64,000 bases of DNA from contig CAWKHF010000001.1 of NCBI GenBank assembly GCA_963849325.1, forward strand, positions 224,001 through 288,000, read 5' to 3'. How positions within the stretch are numbered: the stretch's first letter is position 1; the number at the start of each line of letters is the position of its first letter. The notes under the pieces are model-generated. The model did not search any database. It worked only from the letters and a program-made list of their open reading frames with translations, and was not told where the DNA came from. The translations under genes and the position numbers were made by a program. Positions 44,332 to 56,677 of this stretch are shown piece by piece. This stretch comes from an uncultured Planctomycetota bacterium (GTDB lineage Bacteria; Planctomycetota; Planctomycetia; Gemmatales; Gemmataceae).

Positions 44332-45632
44332 ATGCATACCCTCGACCGAGGTTTACAAAACGGTCTGGCCGTCTATTACCTGCTGGTGGCCCTGCTCAAT
44401 TTCGGCTTCGCGGCCTACTGGTGGTACGGGGCCAAGAAGCCGGCCGCCGGCGCCGTCTGGGCCGCCGTCGGCGCTCTCTTCTTGATCCACAGCATCGCCT
44501 ATTTCGCGCACCTGGGCTGGCTTCTGCCCATCGGGGTGCGCGATGCCGTCGATGAGGCGACAGGTCCGGTCGTTTACACCACGTTGTCGATCGTCGCCTT
44601 CATCTTGCTGTTGTACTTCCGCAAGTTCTTCGTGCAGCCGCACGTCGCCTGGGCCATCCTTCAGCTCACGCTGCTTTTCGGCGGCTGGGCCATGACCGAC
44701 CCCAACTTCCGCGAGATCGTCGCCAAGGAAGACAACGTCCCCATCAGCATGCTCATCTTCTCGGTCGGCTTCTTCACCTGGGCCGCTCTCTATCGCGCCG
44801 TGCAGAACGACGAGCGCATCGCCCGCGGCGAGCCGGTGCTGGAGAAGGTCGAGGACGAAAAGGTGCTGGTCTGGCCCGACCTGGTTTACACCGAGCTGAT
44901 CGCCATGATTATCGCCACCTTCGTGCTGATCATCTGGTCCGTGCTGCTCAAGGCGCCGCTGGAGCAGCCGGCCACCAGCGCCAAGGCGCCCAATCCGTCG
45001 AAGGCGCCGTGGTACTTCCTCGGCCTGCAAGAAATGCTCGTCTACTACGATCCGTGGATGGCCGGCGTCGTGCTGCCGACCATGATTATCATTGGCCTGA
45101 TCGCCATTCCCTACATCGACTTCAACCGCCAGGGCAACGGCTATTTCTCCTTCGCCGAGCGCAAGTTCGCCGTGTCGATCTTCCTGTTCGGCTTCGTCGT
45201 CTTGTGGGTGACGCTGATCGTGCTGGGCACCTTCCTGCGCGGGCCGAACTGGAACTTCTTCGCGCCGTTTGAATACTGGGATCCGCACAAGGTCTTGCCG
45301 CTCAACAACGTCAACCTGTCGCAGTTGTTCTGGCTGAACATGCTGCATATTCCGCTGGAGGACTTCAAGGTCCGCTTCGGCAACTTCTTCGGTCCGATCC
45401 TCCGCGAGCTGCCCGGCATCATTCTGGTGCTGCTGTACCTGTTCGCCCTGCCGCCGCTGTTGGCTCGAACCGTGATGCGGCCCGTTCTTTATTCGGATGG
45501 GTTTTGTCCGCTTTATCACGCTGGTGACGCTGATGCAGTTCATGGCCGCGCTGCCGCATCAAGATGGTGCTGCGCTGGACCATGAACCTGAAGTACATCG
45601 TCGCCATCCCGGAAATCTTCTTCAACATCTAG
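44332..45632 (+). CDS. Cytochrome b subunit IV-like membrane protein with extra TM helices (frameshifted C-terminus)
   Basis: VWPDL; PNPSKAPWYFLGLQE (PEWY-equivalent); IPYID. Confidence 0.8.
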
Positions 45633-45672
45633 TCCTGCGTTCGGCGCGACGCCGGTTTTTGCTCGGCGAAGC

Positions 45673-45703
45673 ACTCAGAACTCAGACCTCAGAACTCAGA
45701 ACT
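45673..45703 (+). repeat. Short 7-bp tandem repeat (ACTCAGA, about 4 copies)
   Basis: ACTCAGAACTCAGACCTCAGAACTCAGAACT just upstream of the cytochrome c start. Confidence 0.7.
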
Positions 45704-45713
45704 TGGGAAGATC

Positions 45714-48700
45714 ATGGCCGCCACCGATCAGACCTACCGCAGTCAGAAGACGCTGGACATCGTCTTCGCCGTCTCCTGCATCCTGATGCTGCTGAGCACC
45801 CTGTGGATGTTCTGGCAGGATTACGACCGGCAATTCAAGCACGTTCAGCGCGACTTCCGCGACGTGGAAGAAGCCATGAACGAGCATCAAATGATCGCGC
45901 AGCTGCCGTCCAAGGAGCAGGTCGAGACGGCGCGGCAAAAGGTGGCCGACGCCAAGAAAAACTTCGAGGCCAAGCAGCGAGGAACGTCCGGCCCAAGGAA
46001 CGCGAACTGATGGCCCGACGCGATCTGCAAGACAACACCTATCGCGGCATCAAGGCCGACTTCGACTCCAAGACCAGCCTGTACAACATCGCCGTCGAGC
46101 ACCGCGATCAGGAGACCGACCCCGTCCGCAAGAAGATCCTGGAGGACGAAGTCGAAGAAATGAAAGAGGAAGTCGATCAGTTGCAAGACGCAGCTGACGA
46201 AAGCCCAGGATGAGCTGGACAAGATCGACGAGCAGATCAAGAAGGACGTGATGGAGCCGCTGGACGGCCCGCAGCAGGCCGTCAACCAGGCGGAGGACGA
46301 GCTGAAAAAAGTGACGGCTTCCTTCGACCGCTACGCCAAGGTGACGGCGCAAAAGCGCTGGAAGTTCGGCGATCGCTTCCGCACTCTGCCCATCCTCGAC
46401 GCCTTCGAGTCGCCGACCAAGATCAAGCAACTCTGGCTGCCCGAATTGACCATCGATTACGGCGGTTTCAAGGACGTGCCGCGCTACGACCGCTGCATCT
46501 CCTGCCACCTCGGCATCGACCGCGGCACCTTCGACCACGCCTCCATCGCTCGGCTGACCCGTCCGCCCGAGGTCGTGCAGAAGGACCTCGACAAGGCCCG
46601 CGCCCGCAGGGCCGAGCTGAAAGACGATGCTCCGGAAAACGAGGTCAAACGGGCCGACGCCCGCATCGACCAGTTTGGAGAAAGAGCTGGAGAGCGCGCA
46701 GGGATGCAGGACCGACTGACCCAGGCCCGCGAGATGTTGATGGCCCGCGCCAAGATCGAAAACCTCGGCTTCGATCCGGGCGACCTGCCCAAGCAAGTGC
46801 GCTGGCTGAACCTGACCGCCGGCCAGGTCACGCAGTACGCCGCCCATCCGCGCCTCGATCTGTTCGTCGATGCCAACAGCGCGCACCCGATGGAGAAGTT
46901 CGGCTGCACCGCCTGCCACAACGGCCAGGGCAGCGCCACCGACTTCGTGCTCGCCGTCCACACGCCGGCCGACGCCGCGCAAGAAGAAGAATGGCACAAG
47001 GAATACGGCTGGTCGCACAGCCATTTCTGGGACTTCCCCATGCTGTCCAGCCGCTTCATCGAATCGAGCTGCCTGAAGTGCCATCATGAAGTGACGGACC
47101 TGATCCGCCACGGCAGCAAGGACGAGGCACCCAAGCTGCTGCGCGGCTACGAGCTGGTCCGCGAGAACGGCTGCTTCGGCTGTCACGAAATCTCCGGCAT
47201 CAAGGCCGGCCGCGAGGTCGGACCCGACCTGCGCCTGGAGCCGCAGCCGGCGCTGGACGTACCTGACGCCGGCCGAGCAGGACAAGGCCAAGTCCGACCC
47301 GCTCAACCTGCCCGGCCAGTATCGCAAGGTCGGTCCCAGCCTGCGCCGCATCGCCGAGAAGACGAACCAGGATTGGGTGCGCAAATGGGTCCACGTCGCC
47401 GCGCGGCTTCCGGCCGGACACCAAAATGCCGCACTTCTACGGCCTGAGCAACAACAGCGAGGAAGCCCTGCCCGAGGACCAGCAGCAGTTCCCCGACGCC
47501 GAGATCGCCGGCATCGCCTACTATCTGCTGGCCGAGAGCAAGGGCAACCTCGACAGCGACAAGAAGGACAACGCCCGTACCGTCCTCGAAGGGCTGGTCA
47601 AGCTGCGTCAGGAGGAACTCAAGAAGGGCCGGCTTGCGGATCGGGAGTGGAAGGAACTGCTCGACGCCAGCCGCCGCCTGGGCGACCTGGGTTTGATGTC
47701 GGTGCCGACGCGGGCCAACGACGATCAACCGTCTCCTCACCCGGCAGAAGCAATTGCAGGAGCGCTTGCAAGAGCTGTACAAGAAGCAGGCGGACTTCAA
47801 GCCAAGAAGCCCGAGCCGGAAGACCTCAGCGACGACGAAACGCAAGGAGCTGGAACAAGCGGGCAAGGAACTCGACGAAGTCACCACGCGAGATGATCGA
47901 CCAGGGCCAGATTGTGCCGCTGGCGAAGCAGATCACCGACGAGGAAGGCAAGACCGTCGAGCTGCCGGGGCGCCGAAGGACGCCGAGCGCGAAAAGCACC
48001 TGGCCAACGGCCGCAAGCTGTTCACCGAGAAAGGCTGCCTGGCTTGCCATAGCCACGACGGCACGACCAAGGCGGGCCACGGCGTCGGCGCCGTGCATGG
48101 CGAGGCGAACTTCGGGCCGAACCTCAGCCGCATCGCCGCCAAGATCGCGCCGGAGATCGCCGGCAAGGGCGAAAAGGATTTGGAGGAGGCGAAACGTCGC
48201 TGGATCGTGCAGTGGGTGCTCAATCCGACGGTCTATCATCCGCGGACGCGCATGCCGATCACGCACCTGTCGCCGGAGGACGCCGCCGACGTGGCCGAAT
48301 GGCTGTTGAGCCAGAAGGTCACCGACTGGGACGAGAAGGGACCGCAAGAGCCGAAGACCGAAGACCTCGTCGCCCTGGCCCGCGTCTATCTCGGCAAGGC
48401 GCCCGGCTTCACTCGGCTGGACGTGGAGAACTTCCTGCCGCACCGGCAAGGGCGAACTGCCCGGCATCCCCGACGACCGCCTGGGCAACCTGCCGCCCGA
48501 TTCCGACGAGCGCAAGCTGCACGGCCCGGTCGGCGACGATCAGGCTCAAGTGGTACATCGGCCGCAAGGCCATCAATCGCCTGGGCTGCTTCGGCTGCCA
48601 TGACGTGCCCGGCTTCGAGACGGCCAAGCCGATCGGCACCGCCCTCAACGACTGGGGCAAGAAGGACGCCGAGCGGCTGGCGTTCGAGGACGCCGACGTC

Positions 48701-50468
48701 TTCGTCCGCGACGACCACAACATCGTCAAGGTGCGCAACAACCCCGAGGACAAGAGCAAGCCGGCCGCCGACTGGCACGCCAAGGACGGCAAGCCGCCCT
48801 ACGAGCAGGTCTATTTCGAGGCGCTCAAGCACCATCGGCGCGAGGGCTTCCTGCATCAGAAGCTGCATGGAGCCGCGCAGCTTCGACTTCCACCGCCTCC
48901 GCACCTGGGACGACCGCCTGCGCATGCCGCAGTTCCGCTTCGCCCGCGCCAAGCGGCGCGACGGCGAGAGCGATGAGGCGTATCAGGCCCGCCAGGAATT
49001 CGAGGAGGCCGAGGCGCGCGAGGCGGTCATGACGTTCATCCTCGGCCTGGTCGCCGAGCCGATGCCGCTGAAGTACCTCAACCGTCCCGCTCCGGATCGG
49101 TTGGCCGAGGTCAAGGGCCATCAGGTGCTGGAGAAATTCAACTGCTCCGGCTGCCATCAGCTCCGCCCCGGCGTCTACGAGTTCAAGACCAGCGACGGAC
49201 GGCTTGCAGCTCTTGCAAGAGCACGTATCAGCGCCAACAGGGCACCTACAAGAAGGACCACTTCTTCCCTGGCCACAACGCCTGGAGTCGGGACACCGCA
49301 GACGACCGCCGACCGGCTGACCGTCTTCGGCACCAATCCGCAAGCGGAACGAGTCGGACTTCGACCGCCCGATGCTGGTCGTCCGCCTCAGCGACGCCCT
49401 GCGCTTTCCGGGCAACGACGGCGTCCTCCGCAACCTGCCGGCGGCCAGCCTGGTGCCGATCAACCCCGATGACCTGACCGTGACGGGCCGATCCGTGGGG
49501 CGGCACGTTCACCGACTTGATGATCCAGTACATCAAGCCGCGCGAGCCGGACGCGGACAAGGCGCGTTCGACGCTGCCGCCGCCGCTCATCCGCGAGGGC
49601 GAGCGCGTGCAACCCAACTGGGTGTACGGCTTCCTGCTCAATCCGCCGCCGATCCGGCCGACCAATTACATGATGCTGCGCATGCCCAAGTTCAACATGA
49701 GCAGCGAGGACGCGCGCGCGCTGGCCAACTACTTCAGCGGCGTCGTCGCGGCTGACCAATCCGGGCGCCGGCGTCACCGCCGAATACGTCAACGTCCACC
49801 AGCGCGACGAGCAATACTGGCGGACGCGCACGGCCGAGTACGTCAAACGACTCAAGGCCGAGAAGAAGTTCGACGACCGCGTCAAGGAGATGGAGCCGGT
49901 TTGGCACGACGCGCTGAAGCGGCGGATCGCCGAGGCGGAGGCCGGCCTGGACACGGCCAAGCAGGCCGTCAAGGACGCCAAGGAGGGCGACCCGCGCAAG
50001 CAGAAGCAGCAAGACGCTCGACACGCTGGAGGCCAACATCAAGACGTGGAAGGCCCAGCTGGACAAGAAGGACTACGACTCGCTGCGCAAGCAGTGGGAG
50101 ACCACCGGGCGCCTACGCCACCGACGCCTATCGGCTGGTGACGGATCGCAACCTGTGCTTGCAGTGCCACAGATGTTGGCGACGTGAAGGCCTCGGCGCC
50201 GCAGGGGCCGAACCTGGCCCTGACGGCGGAACGGCTGCGGCCGGAGTGGGTGCGCGAGTGGATCGCCAATCCCGATCGCCTGTTCGGCTACAAACCGGCG
50301 ATGCCGCAGAATTTCCCCAACGATTCGCTAGACTATCAAAATGTCTTCGTCGGCAAGACCCTCGATCAGGTGACTGCCGTGCGCGATGTTTTGATGGATC
50401 TGCCGCGAGTGGCCGACACTGCCGGGCAACCGCTCGCGGGCGCCCTCGCGGCGGGAGGAGGGAAGTGA
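45714..50468 (+). CDS. Large membrane-anchored multiheme cytochrome c (8 CxxCH; many frameshifts)
   Basis: N-terminal TM; coiled coils; CISCH, CTACH, CLKCH, CFGCH, CLACH, CFGCH, CSGCH, CLQCH; repeated GPxL...W...P...MP units. Confidence 0.85.
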
Positions 50469-51261
50469 ATGCATCCGTGGACCAGGCAACTGCTTTCGCT
50501 GGCCGTGGCCGGCGCGTTTGTGCTGGCCGCCGCGACGGCGCTCGCGCGGACGGTTGGGGAACGATCAAGGGACAGGTGGTTTGGGACGGCGGCGACGTAC
50601 CCAAGCCGATCGCGCTCAACGTCGATAAGGACAAGGAACACTGCCTCAGCAAGGGGCCGATCTTCAAGGAAGAATTCGTCGTCAACCCCAAGAACAAAGG
50701 GGTCAAGCTGGGCCATCGTCTACCTGACGAGCGTGGACGGCTTCACCAAGGACGTGCCGGTCCACCCGTCGCTCAAGGAAATCAAGACGCCGATGGTAGA
50801 CATGGACCAACCTTGCTGCCGGTTCGAGCCGCACGTCCTGGCCATGCGCAGGGGCAGACGCTGCTGGTGAAGAACTCGGCCCCGGTCGGCGCACAACGTC
50901 AACATCACCGGCGGCGTCAAGGGACCGAACCTCAACCAGATCCTGCCGCCCGGCGCCAAGCTCAAGGTCGAGGACATTGTGGCCCGGCCGTTGCCCATTT
51001 CTGTCGCCTGCAACATCCACGGCTGGATGGCGGCGAAGATTTTCGTGCTCAAGAACCCCTATTTCGCCGTCACCGACGAGGACGGCAAGTTCGAGATCAA
51101 GAACGCCCCGGCCGGCGAGTACCGCGCTCGTCGCCTGGCACGAGGGCATGGGCTGGGTCGCCGGCGACACCAAGCCGAACAAGATGGGCAAGAAGATCAC
51201 CATCAAGGACGGTGGAACTACCGACCTGGGCAAGTTCGCCGTGAAGCCGTCCAAGGATTGA
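50465..51261 (+). CDS. Exported cupredoxin-like / carboxypeptidase-regulatory-like protein, paralogue 1 (frameshifted)
   Basis: DQPCCRFEPHV; HNV; CNIHGWM; FAVTDEDGKFEIKN; AWHE. Confidence 0.75.
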
Positions 51262-51270
51262 GGAAGGACC

Positions 51271-51317
51271 GGGCCGCCGACGTTCGGACGCTGTTGGTGT
51301 CCGAACGCCGACGGCCC
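51271..51317. terminator. GC-rich intergenic hairpin (possible terminator or stabiliser; no U-tract)
   Basis: GGGCCGcCGaCGTTCGGAC ... GTCCGAACGcCGaCGGCCC. Confidence 0.45.
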
Positions 51318-51339
51318 ATTGCACAACCGGAGGTATGAC

Positions 51340-52310
51340 ATGCGCCGATTCCAACTGGGGCTCGCGGCCATCGCGGTGCCCGTGTTCGCCTTCACCCTGT
51401 TCCTCGTCGGATGCAGCAAGGACGAGAAGAAGGACAGCGCCTCCTCGTCGGGCGGTGACGTTGCCAAGGACAAGCAGCCCAAGGGCGACTTGAAGGTCGT
51501 CGAAGCCAAGGGCGGAGTGCTCAAGGGCAAGATCACCATCAAGGGCACGCCCGACACGGCCGCCGACACGAAGAAGGTCGTGGACGGTATTGCCGATCTC
51601 AAGGACCAGGGGCAGAAAGAACGCTGCAATGCCGGTTCGGAGACCGAGAAGACGGGCCAGTCCTACCGCGTCAATGACGAGAAGCGGCTGGGCAACGTGT
51701 TCGTGTGGATCAAGCCCGCGGACGGCACCTTCTTCAAGGTCGATGCCAAAGCACTAGAGGATGCCAAGAAGCCGGTAGTGATCCGCCAACCGCACTGCGC
51801 TTCATCCCCCACAGCGCCATCCTCTTCTCTCGCTATCACTCCGATCCCAAGAACCCACGCAAGGAGGAGAAGACCGGCCAGGACATCAAGGTCATCAACG
51901 ACGCCACCATCAGCCACAACACCAATTGGAAGGGCGGTTCCAAGAACCCCGGCCGCAACGAACTTATCGGCGTGGGCAAGTCGGTCGTGATCGACAATTT
52001 GGTTCCGGAATCCAGCCCCGTGACGTTCAAGTGCAATATCCACGGTTGGATGGACGCCCACGTGTGGGTCCTCGACACGCCCTATTACGCCATCAGTTAC
52101 TCCGACAATCTCGACGGCAACAACAAGGTCGAAAAGAGCGACGCCAAGTTCGGCACCTACGAAATCAAAAACCTGCCGGTCGGCAAGGTGAAGGTGCTCG
52201 CCTGGCACGAAAAGGCCGGCTGGCTGAACCAGAACGAGGGCAAGGGCCAAGAGATCAAGATCGAGGAAGGCGCTCCGACCGTGATGGATTTTGAGGCGGA
52301 GGCGAAGTAA
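51340..52310 (+). CDS. Lipoprotein, cupredoxin-like paralogue 2 (frameshifted)
   Basis: Lipobox LVGC; QPHC.FIPH; HNT; CNIHGWM; AWHE. Confidence 0.78.
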
Positions 52311-52340
52311 GAAACCGCCCCAGAAACGGTGCTCGTTAGC

Positions 52341-52401
52341 GATCCGAGCCTGAAGCGTAAGCGAAGAGCGTTCTTCTTCGCTTACGCTTCAGGCTCGGAT
52401 C
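52341..52401. repeat. Palindromic REP-like element, family B
   Basis: GATCCGAGCCTGAAGCGTAAGCGAAGA ... TCTTCGCTTACGCTTCAGGCTCGGATC. Confidence 0.9.
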
Positions 52402-52423
52402 TCATTCGTCGGGAGGTTGTCTC

Positions 52424-53343
52424 ATGCGACGTTCGCAGCGAAGCGAGACCATCCTTCTGTTGGCGATCCTGACGATGGGACTATTCTTCGGTGCTCCGAG
52501 GGATGACGCGGAAGGCCGGGTTCCCGCGCCGCGGGGCCGGCGCCGGCCGGCAAGAGCATCTTGATCGGCAAGATTGTGCTCAAGGGGGCCGCTCCCGACC
52601 TAGAGGCGCTGACGGATCGTCTGCGGAAAGGCATCGAGCAGAGTATTGCCCACAAAGACTATTGCTTGAACTGCGACGACTTCGAGAAATCCCAACAAGT
52701 CTATCGCTTGGGTGGCCCGAAGAACAAGCAAGTGGGCAATGTCTTCGTGTGGATCGCGCCGGCGCCCGGCTCCGTCTTCCCGATTGACGACAAGCAACTC
52801 GAAGAGGCCAAGAAACGAAAAGTCGTCATTCGCCAGCCTCATTGCGCGTTCATCCCTCACTGCGCCGTTCTTTTCGCGCAGTATCCTTCCGATCCAACCA
52901 ACGTCCGACGCCGGGCGCGGACGGGGCAGGTCCTCAAAATGGCGAACGATGCCGAGATCGCCCATAACGTCAATTGGAAGGGCGGCGCCAAGAACCCCGG
53001 CAACAACATCCTCATCGCGGCAGGCAAGGAGTTCACGATTGACAACCTGGTGCCGGAACCCGGCCCGATCGCGTTCAAGTGCAACATCCACGGCTGGATG
53101 AGTGCCTATGTCTGGGTCTTCGATCATCCCTACGCCACCATCAGCCGCGCCGAACCGGAGGTCAAGAAAAACGACCGAACTTTCGGTACTTACGAGATCA
53201 AGTATGTTCCTTCCGGGGAGGTGCGCGTGTTTGCCTGGCACGAGAAGGCCGGTTGGCTGAACAAGGGGGAGGGCCGAGGCGAAGCGATCCAATTGAGGGA
53301 TGGAGCGGTGACGGTCAAGGATTTCGAGTTGGAGGCGAAGTAA
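52424..53343 (+). CDS. Exported cupredoxin-like paralogue 3 (frameshift near start)
   Basis: GGGAGG RBS; QPHCAFIPH; HNV; CNIHGWM; closely similar to paralogue 2. Confidence 0.78.
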
Positions 53344-53380
53344 GCAGGCGACTTGCGGCGGTCGCGCCGGGAGGATCGCC

Positions 53381-53987
53381 ATGATACCGAAAGTGGTTTT
53401 GACCGGAGGGCCGTGTGCCGGCAAGACCAGCTGCCTGCGCGCATCCGCGCGCACTTCGCGCGCAGATCGTCACCGTGCCGGAGACGGCCACGCTCGTCCT
53501 TGACAGCGGCTTCCCGCCGCCCGGTCACGAGCGAATCCACTGCGCCCCGGAGGAGTGGATTCAGACATTCCAGGGGACCATTCTGTCGATCCAGCAACAG
53601 CTGGAGGCGTCGTTCGAGCGCCCGGCGAGCAATTGCGGCGTGCGTCTGATCGTCTGCGATCGCGGCGTGCTCGATGGGGCCGCGTACTGGCCCGGCGGAC
53701 GCGCGGCGTTCCTGCGCCACTTCGGTCAGTCGCTCGAAGACTGTTTCGCGCGCTACCGGAGCGTCCTGCACTTGCAATCGTTGGCGGAAACGCATCCGCA
53801 CCTGTACGGCCCGGAGGGCAACGCCATTCGCTATGAAGACACGACCGACGCCCTCCGCGTCGAGCGCACCGTGCGAGCGGCGTGGGAGGGGCATCCGGGA
53901 CTAATTATCATCCCGGCCGAGATGGAACTCGGGGGCAAAATCGCTCGCGTGCTCGAACACGTCCGGGCGGTGCTGGCGACCTCGTAG
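53381..53987 (+). CDS. P-loop NTPase, AAA_28 / NadR-kinase-like (frameshift near start)
   Basis: KVVLTGGPCAGKTS; VPETAT; CDRGVLDGAAY. Confidence 0.82.
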
Positions 53988-53992
53988 GCCGG

Positions 53993-54709
53993 CTACAGGT
54001 TGTCGGCGAGGGCGGGCAGACGATAGGGAGCGGCCGGCAGCGCTTCGTCCGCCAACCGCCGGTACGGCGCCACGGTACGGAGCATGAACACGTAATGGGA
54101 CAGGCTGCCGCCCATGACAAAGACATGAAAGACCTCGTGTGGGCCGAATACGCCGGGCACGATCGTCGGCCATTCCACCACGTTCAGGATGGCGCCGATG
54201 CTGTAGAGCAAACCGCCGATCCAGATTGGCCGCACGGCGGCGTGCGACAGGCGGCTGGCCAACTCGAAGTACGTGACGCAGCCGACCCAGCCCATGACGA
54301 GGTAGAGAAGGGTCGAGACCCAGATGGGCATGTGCAGAGGAGTCAGGCACAGCCCGATACCGATGCCGGCCAGCAGCCAGACCAGCAGCATCAGATACAG
54401 TCGCCACGCTCCGCGCAGAATCACCAGGGCGATGGGCGTGGCGGAGCCGGCGATCAGCACGTAAATGCCGATGTGGTCCAGGGTGTTGAAGGCGTGGATG
54501 GCCCTGTCCGACAGACGGACGGCGTGGAATGACCAGCTGCCGCCGTAGCACAGGACCAGGCCGAGACCGAAGAGGAGGAAGCCGGTCTGCTTGAGGCGAT
54601 CGCCCTGGCCGCGCCGCCACAGCAGCCACGTCCCCGGAAAGGCCAATAGCAGCCAGAGAAAATGGGTCCAGGCACTCGCCGGTTCCCGAAAGTTCAGCCA
54701 ATCGATCAC
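53993..54709 (-). CDS. Hemolysin III / PAQR family membrane protein
   Basis: REPASAWTH; LDHIGIYVLIAGS.TP; YLVMGW; HEVFHVFV. Confidence 0.92.
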   Translation of the reverse strand: MIDWLNFREPASAWTHFLWLLLAFPGTWLLWRRGQGDRLKQTGFLLFGLGLVLCYGGSWSFHAVRLSDRAIHAFNTLDHIGIYVLIAGSATPIALVILRGAWRLYLMLLVWLLAGIGIGLCLTPLHMPIWVSTLLYLVMGWVGCVTYFELASRLSHAAVRPIWIGGLLYSIGAILNVVEWPTIVPGVFGPHEVFHVFVMGGSLSHYVFMLRTVAPYRRLADEALPAAPYRLPALADNL

Positions 54710-54826
54710 GCTTCGCGCTCCGTGGCGGCGATCCATCGAACGGAGGGGCACACGCGGGACGAGCCAGCCACCCTTCCTCCTCGATCATCTTAGCCGATCC
54801 GGTTCGGCGAAAGATAGAGCAACGTC

Positions 54827-55339
54827 TTACACTTCGAGCAACTCGGCGAGTCCGGCGGCGACGACTTGCGGGCCGGTGACGTACTGGCTGTCGGCCGTCC
54901 AGGCGCGGACCTGATCCTCGGCGGCGCCGAACAGTCGCGCTTGCAGATCGTCAATGTCTTTCTCCATCTCGGCGAAGTGGCGGGCCCAGTGCGACGCCTC
55001 GAAGGAGCCGATGCGCTTCTCGCTCTGCCAGCGCATGCGATGGAACAGGAGCGTGCTGTAGCGCGTGACCAGGCGGCGACGGCAGGCGGCGAACAGCAGC
55101 AGCGACGCCGACGAGCATTCGCCCAGCACGACGGCAGTGCCGTCGATGGCGCGATGCTTCATCAGCGTCAGCACGGCCAGGGCGCCGAAAACGCTGCCGC
55201 CGGCCGAGTCGATGTAGAAGACGCACGGGCCGCGCGGCGGCACTTCCAGCAGCGCCTTGACGACGTCCTCCTCCCAGTCCTCAACGTCGCCGACCACGGC
55301 GATCTCGTTGGCCGGCTTGCGCGGTTTGCTCTTGGACAT
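54827..55339 (-). CDS. ClpP-like serine protease subunit
   Basis: YIDSAGGSVFGAL; GECSSAS (catalytic Ser position); LLFH. Confidence 0.8.
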   Translation of the reverse strand: MSKSKPRKPANEIAVVGDVEDWEEDVVKALLEVPPRGPCVFYIDSAGGSVFGALAVLTLMKHRAIDGTAVVLGECSSASLLLFAACRRRLVTRYSTLLFHRMRWQSEKRIGSFEASHWARHFAEMEKDIDDLQARLFGAAEDQVRAWTADSQYVTGPQVVAAGLAELLEV

Positions 55340-55440
55340 GAAGAGGAATGTAAGGACCGCGCCCGAGGCGACAAGGGGAGGCTGCGGACATGGAAACCTC
55401 TCCCGCCATCTGAGACAATACTTACAGTCTGTCCCATAAG

Positions 55441-55534
55441 CCCCCCTCTCCCCCTGTACTCGGGGAGAGAAACCTGCGGAAACCGCACCCCCTCACCCCA
55501 ACCCCTCTCCCCCTGAGTACAGGGGGAGAGGGGC
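55441..55534. repeat. Two family D-related hairpins
   Basis: CCCTCTCCCCCTGTACTCGGGGAGAG and CCCCTCACCCCAACCCCTCTCCCCCTGAGTACAGGGGGAGAGGGG. Confidence 0.8.
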
Positions 55535-55576
55535 TTACGGGACAGACACTTACTTGAGGGGACGGTGGATGGAATC

Positions 55577-56677
55577 ATGCAGACTGTTTCACGCTTTGAA
55601 GCGAGCCTGCTGCGGCTGTTGGGATATTTCCTACGCCGCGAACCACCGGAGCGTGCCTTGCCGCTGCTGGAGGATCGCTGTGCGGCGCCGCCCTGTTTGA
55701 ACCGCAACGCCGTCAACCTGGTCAAGGACGCGCTGGCCAAGGGCTGCGTCTCCCTGCTGGCGCGGCGCGGCGGTTGGCGACGCGAACGCTTCCTGCGCGG
55801 CGAGCGTGGGATCGAGGGCCGACTGTGGGAGCGGACGCCGCCGGCCGAGCTGGGCCTGACGTTCTCGGCCCACACGCTGGATTTCCTCGTCTGGATCACG
55901 GCCAAGCGTCCGGGCGACACGGACCCGCCCTGGCGTCCGCGCGAAGGCGACCTGACGGTCGGCGACCGCCTCCTGCTCTACTTCGCCCACGAGGGGCTGC
56001 GAAACGTCGCGGAGGGACTGGGCGCTGCCGCTCTGCGTTCGGAGCAGCCGTTCGTCGAGCATGGCCTGTGCTGGCTGGCTTTTCCCGAGGACTACGCGGC
56101 GGCCCCGCTCGGCGTCCGTCCGAACTTCTCGCCCTGGACAAACGGCGCCGGCGCGTTCATGCTGGAGGCTTTGCAGCCGGAGCTGGCGCGCCGCTGGATC
56201 GAGGTCGAGGGCAGCAAGGAGCGCCTCGCCGAACCGCAGGCGATGCGCGTCCTGGGGCTGTCGCAGGAGCGCGTGTTGACGGCGTTCCTCGACGCCCTGG
56301 AGCAGGCCGGGCGGCTGGACCTGGCCCGCTTCCTGCTGCGGGCGGCGGCGGTGCTGGTGGGACCGCAGGCCCACGCCGGCATGTGGACGGCGCGATTGCA
56401 GATGTCCGGCCAGCGCGTGGCCGATCGCGCCGCCACCTACCAGGCGGCGACCGTCTTTCTGCGGACTGCTCGATCGTCTGCAAACCTGGGAACGGCGGGC
56501 GCGCGGCGTCGGCTACTTCGATGAGGGCTACACCGCCGGCCAGTTGTGGAAGGCCGACTGGGAGCAGGTGCGGGGCGATCAACTGACCGAACGCGCCCGC
56601 GTCCTCGTCCGGCAGCTGGACCCGATGCAGCCAAGCTTGAGCTGCGGGCATCTTTCGACACGGGAGGCCGATCATGA
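55577..56677 (+). CDS. Hypothetical protein, putative FtsH-ternary-system component (frameshifted; end approximate)
   Basis: MQTVSRFEASLLRLL..LARRGGWRRERFLR..GRLWER; GYFDEGY..QLWKADWE; first gene of the operon. Confidence 0.65.
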
